Shown here: piece after piece, positions 9,886 through 18,634 of the stretch
Layout: every line of letters starts with the position of its first letter
Numbering within the stretch: the first letter of the stretch is position 1
DNA from: a candidate division WOR-3 bacterium
GTDB taxonomy: Bacteria > Hydrothermota > Tepidihabitantia > Tepidihabitantales > Tepidihabitantaceae
Assembly: GCA_039801225.1 (NCBI GenBank)
Contig: JBDRUH010000004.1
Coordinates: 1 to 53,881 of the forward strand
Direction: 5' to 3'
DNA length: 53,881 bases
Notes under the pieces: model-generated
Databases searched by the model: none
Told to the model about the DNA's origin: nothing
What the model saw: the letters and a program-made list of their open reading frames with translations, nothing else
Translations under genes and position numbers: made by a program

Positions 9886-11178
9886 ATGAAAATAGCAATG
9901 ATTGGCACCGGTTATGTTGGGTTGACATCGGGCGCCTGTCTGGCAAAAATTGGTCATCAGGTCATCTGCGTTGACAATGATAGGGAAAAAATTGAACTTC
10001 TAAACAAAGGCAGGGTACCAATTTATGAACCAGGGTTAAATGAGATTATTGATGAATGTGTAAATGCCCGGCGGTTAAGTTTTACTACCGACATAAAAAC
10101 CGCTGTCCGGGAAAGTGAAGTCTGCTTTATCGCCGTAGGAACTCCCCCCTTGGAAACTGGCGAACCGGACTTGACTTATGTTGAAAATGTCGCCCGGGAA
10201 ATTGCTGAGAGTATGGACGGCTACCGGTTAATTGTGGAAAAATCAACCGTTCCGGTCCAAACCGGCAAGTGGATAAGAAAGACAATTGAAAGGTATCAAG
10301 GGAAAAGTGTGCCGTTTGATGTTGCCAGTAATCCGGAGTTTCTGCGCGAGGGTTCGGCGGTGACAGACTTTCTTTCACCCGACCGTATTGTAATTGGCGT
10401 GGAGAACGAACGGGCGGCCGAGATAATGTTAAAAGTTTATCAAGGGATAAAGGCACCGGTTATTGTTACCGATTTGGCTTCCGCCGAGTTGATCAAGCAT
10501 GCCTCAAACGCCTTTCTGGCGATGAAAATCTCTTTTATCAATGCCATCAGTTTTATCTGCGAGGCGGCTGGGGCAGATGTCAGTCAAGTTGCCGAAGGAA
10601 TGGGTCTGGACAAAAGAATCGGTCGGAGTTTTCTTGATGCCGGCGTGGGCTACGGTGGTTTCTGTTTTCCCAAAGACCTGCGGGCGTTTATTCGCATCGC
10701 CGAAGAACTGGGGTATGATTTCCGACTGCTAATTGAGGTAGAAAGGATCAACGAAGAGGCAAAACAGCGGTTTGTAAAAAAAATCCGGCAGGCGCTCTGG
10801 AATCTCCGCGATAAAAACATCGGCGTATTAGGACTCTCCTTCAAACCCAACACCGACGATATAAGATTTGCCCCGGCAATTGATATAATAAGAATGCTCC
10901 TTGCCGATGGCGCCCGTATTCGTGCCTACGACCCTAAAGCGATGCCTAAGGCACGGCGGGTTCTGCCCGAAGAGGTTGTATTCTGCAATAACGCCGAGGA
11001 GGTGGCTACCGACGCCGACCTATTGGCAATAATAACTGAATGGGATGAGTTCAAGAGACTTGACTTTGCCCGCATCAAAGAAAAAATGCGTGTGCCGATT
11101 GTCTGTGATGGCAGAAATATCTACGACCGAAAAGAACTGGAAAAGTTAGGGTTTACTTATATCGGTGTAGGTCGGTGA
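9886..11178 (+). CDS. ugd: UDP-glucose 6-dehydrogenase
   Basis: GTGYVG Rossmann motif, EKSTVP, SNPEFLREG, GYGGFCFPKD, FKPNTDD. Confidence 0.95.
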   Translation: MKIAMIGTGYVGLTSGACLAKIGHQVICVDNDREKIELLNKGRVPIYEPGLNEIIDECVNARRLSFTTDIKTAVRESEVCFIAVGTPPLETGEPDLTYVENVAREIAESMDGYRLIVEKSTVPVQTGKWIRKTIERYQGKSVPFDVASNPEFLREGSAVTDFLSPDRIVIGVENERAAEIMLKVYQGIKAPVIVTDLASAELIKHASNAFLAMKISFINAISFICEAAGADVSQVAEGMGLDKRIGRSFLDAGVGYGGFCFPKDLRAFIRIAEELGYDFRLLIEVERINEEAKQRFVKKIRQALWNLRDKNIGVLGLSFKPNTDDIRFAPAIDIIRMLLADGARIRAYDPKAMPKARRVLPEEVVFCNNAEEVATDADLLAIITEWDEFKRLDFARIKEKMRVPIVCDGRNIYDRKELEKLGFTYIGVGR

Positions 11179-12188
11179 GGAAAAGGCGAAAGGCGGAAGG
11201 CGGAATAGGAGTAGCGGTCGTCGCTGGGGGCGCCGGGTTTATTGGGTCCCATTTGTGTGAGTTCCTTCTTCAAAGGGGCTATCGGGTTGTCTGCCTGGAC
11301 AATCTTCTTACCGGTCGGCTTGAGAATATTGCCCATTTAACCACGGATAACGGAAGGCGGAAGGCGGGAAACGGAGGGCGGTTTGAGTTCAGAAGGGTTG
11401 ATATTACCAATCCCCGGGCGGTTAAGAATGCCCTTAAGCACCTGAAGAAATTGGATGTAATTTTTAATCTTGCCTCACCCGCCTCACCGAAAGATTATCA
11501 GGCATTCCCCTTAGAAACGATGCGGGTGGGTTCTGAAGGAACAAGGAATCTCTTAGAACTGGCAAGGGAACAGGGGGTGATTTTTATCCATACCTCCACC
11601 TCTGAGGTGTATGGCGACCCAAAGGTGCATCCTCAAACTGAAGATTACTGGGGTAATGTGAATCCAGTGGGTGTGCGCTCGGTTTATGATGAAGCAAAAA
11701 GGTTCGCTGAGGCTTTAGTGATGACCTATCATCGGCTTTACAAAATTCCGGTCCGGATTGCCCGAATTTTCAATACTTACGGTCCGCGGATGAAATTTGA
11801 CGATGGCAGACTCATACCCAACTTAATATATCAGGCGCTCAATAACCAGCCGATGACCATTTATGGCACCGGACGACAGACCCGGAGTTTCTGCTATGTT
11901 TCGGATATGGTTTTAGGTTTGTATAAATTGATTGACTGTTCCGACCCCTATCCGATCAATCTCGGTAATCCAAAGGAATACAGTGTATTAGTATGTGCCC
12001 GACTGATAAAAAAACTCACCCATTCCCAGAGCCGTTTCTTATTTCAGCCACTCCCTTCTGATGACCCAAAGCGCCGCCAGCCGGACATCGGGCGGGCAAA
12101 AAGGTTACTTAACTGGGAACCTAAGGTGAGTCTAAAAGAGGGGTTAATAGCCACAATTAACTGGTTTCGTGGCGAGTTCTCTAAATGA
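11175..12188 (+). CDS. UDP-glucuronate decarboxylase (UDP-xylose synthase)-like SDR
   Basis: GGAGFIGSHL, STSEVYGDP, YWGNVNPVG.RS.YDEAKR, RIFNTYGP, QTRSFCYV, DDPKRRQPDI. Confidence 0.9.
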   Translation: MRKRRKAEGGIGVAVVAGGAGFIGSHLCEFLLQRGYRVVCLDNLLTGRLENIAHLTTDNGRRKAGNGGRFEFRRVDITNPRAVKNALKHLKKLDVIFNLASPASPKDYQAFPLETMRVGSEGTRNLLELAREQGVIFIHTSTSEVYGDPKVHPQTEDYWGNVNPVGVRSVYDEAKRFAEALVMTYHRLYKIPVRIARIFNTYGPRMKFDDGRLIPNLIYQALNNQPMTIYGTGRQTRSFCYVSDMVLGLYKLIDCSDPYPINLGNPKEYSVLVCARLIKKLTHSQSRFLFQPLPSDDPKRRQPDIGRAKRLLNWEPKVSLKEGLIATINWFRGEFSK

Positions 12189-13081
12189 CCCCCTTAGGAA
12201 TTGGCATTGTTGGATTGGGTTATTGGGGGAAAAAGTATCTCATAACACTCCAGATGCTAAATAGGGATTATTCGCTAACAGTTTTTGCCGCTGACCGCAA
12301 CGACCTTCTCCTGAGTGACTGGGACCAGCCAACAGTTTATATGTCCTACAATGAAATGCTAATGAGACCGGAGATAAAAGCGATAATTGTCGCCACCCCG
12401 GATGAAACCCATTACCAAATTGCCTGCCAAGCCTTAAAAAGTTCAAAGGATGTATTGGTGGAAAAGCCGATGGCGTTAGGGGTGAGTGAAGCCGAGGAGA
12501 TGGTCCATTTGGCGGAAAGCACCGGTCGTATCCTCGCCACCGGACATACCGCAATATATACCGAGGGGTTCCTCTCTCTATGCGCAAGACTCTCTGCCTT
12601 AAGCCCGACACTCGGTAAAATCGTCCGGGTTAAAGCCTTCAGAACCTCCCGGGGTAGAAAAAGTGGCAATTGCCTCTGGGATTTAGCACCTCACGACATC
12701 GCTATGGCCATTACCCTTTTTGGTGAACCGGTTGATGGAGAATGCCGGCTTCTCACGCCGTCAAAAGCGGTATATGAACTTGTATTTTCTAATGGAGAAC
12801 TCTTTAGCGGAAATGTAGAATGGAACTCGCCGCCATTTCGTCGGGAGTTTAAGATTATCGGAGAAAATGGGGAGTTGTCCATTGACAACACCGCACCAAG
12901 CCGGGAATTCCGCTCTTCACCCCTTGCCCGACAGTGTGAAGATTTTATTTTTTGTTGTCGGACAAGAAGACGGCCGCAGAGTGACGGGGTTATGGGGTTA
13001 AAGGTGGTCCGCTGTCTGGAAATGCTTACCAGAAAAATCCCCAGTCCAAGAGGCTTTAGAACGGTATGCTCCTTTCAGTGA
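12185..13081 (+). CDS. Gfo/Idh/MocA family oxidoreductase
   Basis: GLGYWG, IVATP..TH, VLVEKPMA, WDLAPHDI. Confidence 0.85.
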   Translation: MTPLGIGIVGLGYWGKKYLITLQMLNRDYSLTVFAADRNDLLLSDWDQPTVYMSYNEMLMRPEIKAIIVATPDETHYQIACQALKSSKDVLVEKPMALGVSEAEEMVHLAESTGRILATGHTAIYTEGFLSLCARLSALSPTLGKIVRVKAFRTSRGRKSGNCLWDLAPHDIAMAITLFGEPVDGECRLLTPSKAVYELVFSNGELFSGNVEWNSPPFRREFKIIGENGELSIDNTAPSREFRSSPLARQCEDFIFCCRTRRRPQSDGVMGLKVVRCLEMLTRKIPSPRGFRTVCSFQ

Positions 13082-13728
13082 TTGTTCCGGTTTATAATGA
13101 GGAAAATTCTGTGGTCAATTTGCTAAAGCGGGTTCAGCAAGTGCCGGTTTTAAAGGAAATTATTGTTGTTGATGATGGTTCTACCGACCGGACACCTGAT
13201 TTGCTTAGTTCAATTCCCGGCATCAAGGTGATTACCCATCCCCACAACTGCGGCAAGGGAACGGCAATCCGGAGCGGATTGGCGAATGCCCAAGGTGATT
13301 TGGTAATAATTCAGGATGCCGATTTGGAGTATGAGCCGGAAGATTATCCCCGTTTACTTGCGCCTTTTTTAAAGGATAACCGGGTGGCGGCGGTATTCGG
13401 CTCAAGATTTAAGGGAAAAGGGAAGTTCCTTTTGCGCAGTCGACTGGCGAACATCTTTCTTACCTTCTTTACTAATGCGCTGTTCGGGGGTAAAATTACC
13501 GATATGGAGACCTGTTATAAAGTTGTTCGCCGTAATCTGTTTACCGGTCTTAACCTCTCTGCCCAGCGGTTTGATATTGAACCGGAGATAACCGCCAAAC
13601 TCCTCCGCTCCCACCGGCGGATTATTGAGGTGCCGATCAATTATCACGCCCGGCAGGAGGGGAAGAAAATCGGCTTTAAGGATGGAATAAGTGCCTGCTG
13701 GACACTTTTAAAGTGGTATGTCAAGTAA
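13066..13728 (+). CDS. Glycosyltransferase family 2 (DPM/DPG synthase-like)
   Basis: LSVIVPVYNE, VDDGSTD, GKG.A, IQDADLEY.PED, TDMETCYK, FDIEPEIT. Confidence 0.9.
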   Translation: MLLSVIVPVYNEENSVVNLLKRVQQVPVLKEIIVVDDGSTDRTPDLLSSIPGIKVITHPHNCGKGTAIRSGLANAQGDLVIIQDADLEYEPEDYPRLLAPFLKDNRVAAVFGSRFKGKGKFLLRSRLANIFLTFFTNALFGGKITDMETCYKVVRRNLFTGLNLSAQRFDIEPEITAKLLRSHRRIIEVPINYHARQEGKKIGFKDGISACWTLLKWYVK

Positions 13729-14413
13729 CATAACATCCTCAATAACTCCGATCGTGGAACTCACCGGGGTGTTTAAATACTATCAGGGTGATTGGCCAGC
13801 GCTCACCGATATTAACCTCACGGTCTATCAAGGAGATTTTCTCTTTCTCTTAGGCGCTACCGGCGCAGGAAAAACCACCTTACTGAGACTTTTGTATCGC
13901 CAGGAATTACCCGACCTCGGCGAAATAAAGGTTTTAGGTTATGACTTAACAATGATGAAGGAAAAGGAGATTCCTCTCCTCCGCCGCCGGGTAGGAATCA
14001 TCTTTCAGGACTTCCGGCTCCTGCCCGAACGGACTGTTTACGAAAACCTGGAGTTTGTCCTACAGATGGTCAGGGTGCAAAAAGACACTATTCCGGCAAG
14101 AATTCAGGAGACACTAAATCAGTTAGGGCTGGTGCATAAGAAGAATGCCTTTCCTTATGAGTTGTCAGGCGGCGAACAGCAAAAGGTCTCTATCGCCCGG
14201 GCGCTGGTCAAATCGCCGGATATTATCCTGGCTGATGAACCGACCGGCAACATTGACCCAAAGGCGTCAGAGGACATTTTGAATATATTGAAGGATATCA
14301 ATTATCAGGGAACAACCGTAATAATGGCCACCCATGATGCTCTCCTCGCAGAACGGACGCGGCGCCGCCGCGTAACCTTAGATGCCGGAAGGATTATCCG
14401 GGATGAAGGATGA
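13718..14413 (+). CDS. ftsE: Cell division ATP-binding protein FtsE
   Basis: GATGAGKTT, LRRRVGIIFQDFRLL, LSGGEQQ, ADEPTGN; followed by ftsX and envC. Confidence 0.92.
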   Translation: MSSNITSSITPIVELTGVFKYYQGDWPALTDINLTVYQGDFLFLLGATGAGKTTLLRLLYRQELPDLGEIKVLGYDLTMMKEKEIPLLRRRVGIIFQDFRLLPERTVYENLEFVLQMVRVQKDTIPARIQETLNQLGLVHKKNAFPYELSGGEQQKVSIARALVKSPDIILADEPTGNIDPKASEDILNILKDINYQGTTVIMATHDALLAERTRRRRVTLDAGRIIRDEG

Positions 14414-14456
14414 AACAGAACCAAAAAATCCTAACTAACAACTATAAACTATATCT

Positions 14457-15365
14457 ATGGGTTACTTAATTAAAGAGACATTTCGGACGATAAGCCGAAG
14501 TCGTAGTGAGTTTTTCCTTTCCACCGCGGTGCAGGGTGTATGCCTCCTGGTTCTGGCGCTGTTCGGCGTCCTGACATTGAATGTTTTGATTGTCCTTCGC
14601 ACCGCTGTGCAAAGGGCACAGGTTTTTGCCTTTGTAACCGATGAAGTGGCGCTATCGCCACTACCTCTTCAGGAGAAGGTGGCAAATATCGCCGGGGTAA
14701 TGGAGGTGAGATTTGTCTCAAAGGAAGAGGCGTTTGAGGAACTCCGTGCCGATTTGGGAACAGACACCAGCCTCTTAAACGCCTTGGGCGAGAATCCTCT
14801 TCCCGCATCGCTAAGAATCTCTCTCCAGCCGTCATATACAACCCCGGAGCAGGTCCAAGCCCTGGAGCAAAAACTCCTACTTTTACCTGGGGTTACCGAA
14901 GTTTGGTCAGGAAAGGAGTTATTATCCCAGTTAAACCGGGCGCTGCGAACTGTTCTACTCCTTGATGTCATTGTCCTGATTATCGTGGCAATATCCGTTC
15001 TGTTTATTGTTTTCCAGACCACTGAAAATTCAATCACCAGCCGCGCCCAGGAGATAGAAATAATGGAACTGGTTGGAGCAAGCCGTGCCACGGTCCGAAC
15101 ACCATTTCTCCTAGAGGGAACGCTGCAAGGCGCATTGGGTGGCATAATGGCATTTCTCCTCCTTTTTGTTATCTATCGGGTCGTTGTCTCTTTTATCCCT
15201 CCTCCCCTTTTCCCAACTCTATTGCTTTTCGGAATTATCTTCTCTTTAGGCGCGCTCTTAGGGCTGAGTGGCGCACTCTTAGCATTGGAACGGCTTCCTT
15301 CTACCCTCCGAGTCGTCCCTGTCCGGGTTTCTAAGAAAAGCCGGGTGGGCACCGGAATTGGATAA
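14457..15365 (+). CDS. ftsX: Cell division permease FtsX
   Basis: FVSKEEA, NPLPAS, EIEIMELVGAS...VRTPFLLEG, four TM segments. Confidence 0.9.
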   Translation: MGYLIKETFRTISRSRSEFFLSTAVQGVCLLVLALFGVLTLNVLIVLRTAVQRAQVFAFVTDEVALSPLPLQEKVANIAGVMEVRFVSKEEAFEELRADLGTDTSLLNALGENPLPASLRISLQPSYTTPEQVQALEQKLLLLPGVTEVWSGKELLSQLNRALRTVLLLDVIVLIIVAISVLFIVFQTTENSITSRAQEIEIMELVGASRATVRTPFLLEGTLQGALGGIMAFLLLFVIYRVVVSFIPPPLFPTLLLFGIIFSLGALLGLSGALLALERLPSTLRVVPVRVSKKSRVGTGIG

Positions 15366-16510
15366 TGGTAAAATATACCCTATTGCCGGCTGTAATAATA
15401 TCACTCTGTTTGACAGGTGCTATCGGATATGCTCAGTCTCTCAAAGATTCAATAGAATTGTGCCAAAAGGAACTGGATTCAACCGAAAGAAAGATTGAAG
15501 AGTTAACTCAAATTGGTGAAGAACTGGCTAAAAAAGAGCAACTCAGCCTTGCCCGACTTGAAGCCATCAAGGAAAAAATTTATCTTACCGAACGGCTGAT
15601 TGCTCAACTACGGGCACAGATCAACCGAAGGAATCGGGAAATAAACGAAATAACCGCCGAACTGGCACAGATTAACAAAAGAATCCAACAAAAACGTGAG
15701 GAACTTTCAAATCGGCTGGTGAGTATCTATAAATACTCCCGGCTCTATCCACTTCAGGCAATGCTTACCAGCGAGAATCTCCCGGAATTATATCGCCGGA
15801 CAATAAATTTGCGTTTAGTCAGCCGAACCGACCGGAAACTGCTCGCCGAACTGCAGGAACTCAACCAAGCGGCAACCGCCCAGCGGGAATCACTGCTCAC
15901 CGCCCGGAAAAATCTTGACCTGTTGTTTGAAGAAACAAAAAAGAAGCAGGAGGCACTTTCTCTTGACCGAGAAGAGGAGGCACGTCTCCTTGCCAAAATC
16001 CAGCGGGAAAAAGAGGTCAACAAAAAGGCTCAACAAGAGTTGGAAAATGCCAAGGAGCGGCTGCGAAGCCTTATTGCTCAACTGGAAAAAAGGGAGAAAG
16101 AGACGGAAGGTTCTTTAACCTTCTTTGAAGAGCAGAAGGGGAAACTTCCCTGGCCGATTCCGGGTTCGGTAATAGCGACATTCGGGGCAAAAACTCACCC
16201 GCGCTATCGCACCAAAACCGCCAATCTCGGCATTGACATTAAGCCCCAAAACCCGGGCTCGGTCCTGGCTATCGCCGCAGGAAAAGTGGTTTACGCCGAC
16301 CGTTTCATCGGCTATGGCAACCTGATAATCGTTGACCACCAGGGTGGATTTTATACCCTTTATGCCAATCTCAGCACAATCCAAACGGTTGTCGGTGCCC
16401 AGGTTTCAACCGGAACCGTTTTAGGCTGGGTAGAAGACTATCTCCATTTTGAGATTAGAAAAAATGGTCAACCAATCAACCCCTTAGAATGGCTCCAAAA
16501 AGAAAGGTAA
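15365..16510 (+). CDS. envC: EnvC-like murein hydrolase activator (coiled coil plus degenerate M23 domain)
   Basis: Signal peptide, long coiled coil, KGKLPWP..G, NLGIDI (not HxxxD), GYGNLIIVDH, LHFEIR..NPLEWL; follows ftsEX. Confidence 0.85.
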   Translation: MVKYTLLPAVIISLCLTGAIGYAQSLKDSIELCQKELDSTERKIEELTQIGEELAKKEQLSLARLEAIKEKIYLTERLIAQLRAQINRRNREINEITAELAQINKRIQQKREELSNRLVSIYKYSRLYPLQAMLTSENLPELYRRTINLRLVSRTDRKLLAELQELNQAATAQRESLLTARKNLDLLFEETKKKQEALSLDREEEARLLAKIQREKEVNKKAQQELENAKERLRSLIAQLEKREKETEGSLTFFEEQKGKLPWPIPGSVIATFGAKTHPRYRTKTANLGIDIKPQNPGSVLAIAAGKVVYADRFIGYGNLIIVDHQGGFYTLYANLSTIQTVVGAQVSTGTVLGWVEDYLHFEIRKNGQPINPLEWLQKER

Positions 16511-16553
16511 ATGCCAAGGTTGAGAGTTCTCTAACTCTACCTGTACCTGGGCA

Positions 16554-17633
16554 ATGATTCCAGGAATAATCGGACAGGAACGGGTCTGTAGAACCATTGA
16601 AAGACTCATCGCCAAGGGTAGATACGCACCTCTGCTCTTTGTCGGTCCACCCGGGGTAGGTAAGCGCACTATCGCCTTTAAGTTTGCCCAGGCATTAAAC
16701 TGCGAAAAACCGGTAAAACCCTCTTCAGAATCAAGCACCCAATTTGGCTGTGGTATTTGTCCATCTTGCCGGGCAATTGCCCGATTAAACCATCCCGACT
16801 TCCGACTCCTATTCCCAATTAGAAAACCCCGGTCCGATATGTCTCCGGAAGATGTTATCATTGCCACCGCCGAATTATCAGCAGACTATATCCTCGGTGC
16901 AACTCAACCCATTCCTGACCCAACTCACCAGATAAGTATTCAGGCGGTGCGCTGGCTCAGAATGGAAATGGCAAAACCGCCATCCACCGCCCGAGTGCGG
17001 TTTTTTGTTTTACTCAACGCCCATCAGATGAAAGATGAGGCACAAAACGCCTTACTCAAAATTCTTGAAGAACCCCAGATTAACACCATTCTTATCCTCA
17101 CCACCTCAGTTCCCAACGCCCTCCTTGATACAATTCGCTCCCGATGCCAAATCATCCGCTTTGCCGAAATACCAGAGTCTCAAATATTAAACTGGCTCAG
17201 AATGGGAATAAAGGAAAACAGAAGACAAGAGACAGAATTAATTTCCTTTGCCGCTGCCCTTGCCCAGGGCTCTTTGGGCAGGGCATTAATGATTCTCAAC
17301 AACCCCGAACCGGAAGAGTTCATAATTCGTTCTGTATTGGAAAAACTTACAACCACTAAAAGCAAATTAACCATTACGCAGGCGGTTGAGCAACTTAAAA
17401 ACATCCCCTTAACCACCATTGTCAATACCTTAATTTTTCTCTACCGCTCCGCTTTCCGCTCAACCTTAACCTCAACCTCCACCTCTACTTGGACACCTCC
17501 CTCGCTCTTAAAAATCCCCCCCGCTCTAATCCTCAAAAGAATCCGCCAACTTTACACCTACCAAGAAAATGCCTCTCTCAACACCAACCCCCTCCTAACC
17601 CTGCACACGCTGATTTTTAGCATCTGTCCATAA
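16554..17633 (+). CDS. holB: DNA polymerase III delta-prime subunit
   Basis: GPPGVGKRT, C..GCG.C.SC zinc motif, HPD, AQNALLKILEEP, LLDTIRSRCQ. Confidence 0.85.
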   Translation: MIPGIIGQERVCRTIERLIAKGRYAPLLFVGPPGVGKRTIAFKFAQALNCEKPVKPSSESSTQFGCGICPSCRAIARLNHPDFRLLFPIRKPRSDMSPEDVIIATAELSADYILGATQPIPDPTHQISIQAVRWLRMEMAKPPSTARVRFFVLLNAHQMKDEAQNALLKILEEPQINTILILTTSVPNALLDTIRSRCQIIRFAEIPESQILNWLRMGIKENRRQETELISFAAALAQGSLGRALMILNNPEPEEFIIRSVLEKLTTTKSKLTITQAVEQLKNIPLTTIVNTLIFLYRSAFRSTLTSTSTSTWTPPSLLKIPPALILKRIRQLYTYQENASLNTNPLLTLHTLIFSICP

Positions 17634-17644
17634 TCTCCCACCCC

Positions 17645-18215
17645 CGTCATTGCGAGGGGAAGCAATCTCATTACCAAAGATTCCTTTGCTCTTCAGGTCT
17701 GCCCCGAGCCAAAAAAGGGGGCCTCCACTCGCTATAGGCTCGGTTGGAATGACGGAGCCGAGGGGCGCGCAATGACAGAGATGAGGGGCGCGTAAGGAAG
17801 AGAAGGGTAAGGGCTAAGTGTATTTATATATACACAAAATTCTGATGGTTAAAATTTAGTTAAGTATCGCAATTTAATAACTTAATTTGAAGACCGGTTT
17901 ACTTGGGGGGCTGTCCACTCCAGCACTAGGGTGGTAAAACCCTTTGTTGAAAAGGTTTTAGGCTTGTTGCTAAGTTTGATGTTAAAATCTTGTTTAAGTT
18001 CAAAGGGAAAATCGAATGGCGGGATGGTTGTAAGAAATGGTCTAAAAAGGTTGGATGGAGCGGTTTTTCATTCAATGCTAAGTTCAGAACTTAAAAGAAG
18101 GCTAAGAGGCGGTTGAGAATCTGATTTTAAAAGGAAGTCAAAAAACTAACTTCAGCCGATTTTAAAAAGCAAAATAAGATTAAAGGTAATAACAGAGTTA
18201 AAAATTGTGGGGGAA
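17645..18215. repeat. Dispersed non-coding element, copy A (REP-like hairpins, 149-bp core, degenerate 12-bp-period array)
   Basis: 17746-17894 is the reverse complement of 40855-41003 with 4 mismatches by manual alignment; homology continues with decay to about 18215. Confidence 0.9.
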
Positions 18216-18224
18216 AATTTTCTT

Positions 18225-18632
18225 TTACCTTTGAGTTGATTCGGGCGCCGGAGCGGTTGCCGCGCTTTTACTGCGAGGTAAAGGTTTACTGACAGTGATA
18301 AAATCTTTTATCGCTGACAGCCGTTTCGGACCGATTCCGGAAACTTTGCGGAGTTGAGAGATACTCTTAAAACCACCGCTCTTTTCCCGGTAGGTAATAA
18401 TTCGCTGCGCCAGGACCGGACCAATTCCTGGTAACGCTTCAAGTTGCTCCTTTGTTGCTTGGTTAATGTCAAGGAGTGGCGGACTCTCGGTGCTATCTTT
18501 GGCAGTTTTAACCACCACCGGTGATGAGCGAGCCCTCTTGGCTCGGGCAATTTTTTTGAAAGTATTTACCCCGGCGCCAATTAAAAACGCCATACTTAAA
18601 ATCAATAGCACCACCTTTTCCTGACGACTCAT
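18225..18632 (-). CDS. comEA: ComEA-like helix-hairpin-helix DNA-binding membrane protein
   Basis: N-terminal TM; LDINQAT.EQLEALPGIGPVLAQRII.YR...GGF.S..QL.KVSGIG. Confidence 0.85.
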   Translation of the reverse strand: MSRQEKVVLLILSMAFLIGAGVNTFKKIARAKRARSSPVVVKTAKDSTESPPLLDINQATKEQLEALPGIGPVLAQRIITYREKSGGFKSISQLRKVSGIGPKRLSAIKDFITVSKPLPRSKSAATAPAPESTQR

Positions 18633-18634
18633 CC

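Noticed and set aside
9556-9908. N-terminal extension to 9738 and the 88-aa ORF 9642-9908
   Set aside because: These read through heptamer/REP repeat DNA and promoters; the signal peptide and RBS point to 9555.
17455-17495. Hexamer repeats (CAACCT-like, STLTSTSTSTWT) in the holB C-terminus and at 16528-16548
   Set aside because: Short, in-frame or intergenic low-complexity sequence; no evidence of function beyond the general repeat tendency.
17931-18116. 61-aa ORF with 4-residue periodicity inside repeat copy A
   Set aside because: The equivalent frame in copy B has TAG/TAA stops; the periodicity simply reflects the 12-bp DNA units.
17895-18215. CRISPR array (AT-rich leader plus polarised array)
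   Set aside because: No identical direct repeats separated by unique spacers, and no cas genes in the window.
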